From a virus, in IMG/VR virus record IMGVR_UViG_3300029893_000067, positions 1 through 25,338 of that record: a stretch of 25,338 nucleotides of DNA; one strand, written 5' to 3'. A program made the position numbers and the translations under genes. Below, piece by piece: positions 25,129 to 25,338 of the stretch; position 1 is the first letter of the stretch; each line of letters opens with the position of its first letter. The notes beneath the pieces were generated by a model that saw only the letters and a program-made list of their open reading frames with translations, did not search any database and was not told where the DNA came from.

Positions 25129-25338
25129 TGTTTAATATTTTATTTAATCCTATTAATATATTAACTAGATATTTAAATTATCTTTTTAAAGCAGATTCTA
25201 ACAATGATTATAATTCAGATGCATTAGAAATTCATCAAGCTGTTTCTGATGCTAGAGGAAATATAAAAAATTTTAATACTTTAAATTCTGCTTTTGTAAA
25301 TTTGAATAATGGATTAGAACAGCCTTCTTATCATGGGG
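25128..25338 (+). CDS. 5' part of a hypothetical protein running off the window
   Basis: ATG 25128 overlaps the previous TAA (TAATG). Frame MFNILFNPINIL...EQPSYHG is open to the window end. Confidence 0.65.
   Translation, partial: MFNILFNPINILTRYLNYLFKADSNNDYNSDALEIHQAVSDARGNIKNFNTLNSAFVNLNNGLEQPSYHG

Overview
Very AT-rich segment of a T4-like (myovirus-type) phage genome. It covers the late neck/packaging/tail/portal module in T4 order (gp13-gp14-gp15-gp16-gp17-gp18-gp19-gp20), with T4-type late promoters (TATAAATA) upstream of several genes. The module is heavily invaded by homing-endonuclease-like elements, about 10 kb of the 25 kb: three Hef-like PD-(D/E)xK genes, a GIY-YIG-superfamily gene, an HNH gene, several decayed remnants, and a 419-aa LAGLIDADG intein in the portal. 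An Alt-like ADP-ribosyltransferase with a 78-bp tandem-repeat tail sits between gp13 and gp14. A cluster of paralogous Asn/Ser/Thr-rich genes follows the portal, where gp21-gp23 would normally be. The two most unusual signals are (i) short GC3/rare-codon 'recoded' patches lying on conserved motifs of the core genes, plausibly endonuclease-immunity scars, and (ii) an inverted pair of paralogous nucleases with shared promoters and 23-aa repeat arrays whose variable residues differ between copies. All family assignments come from motif recognition and gene order, not database searches.
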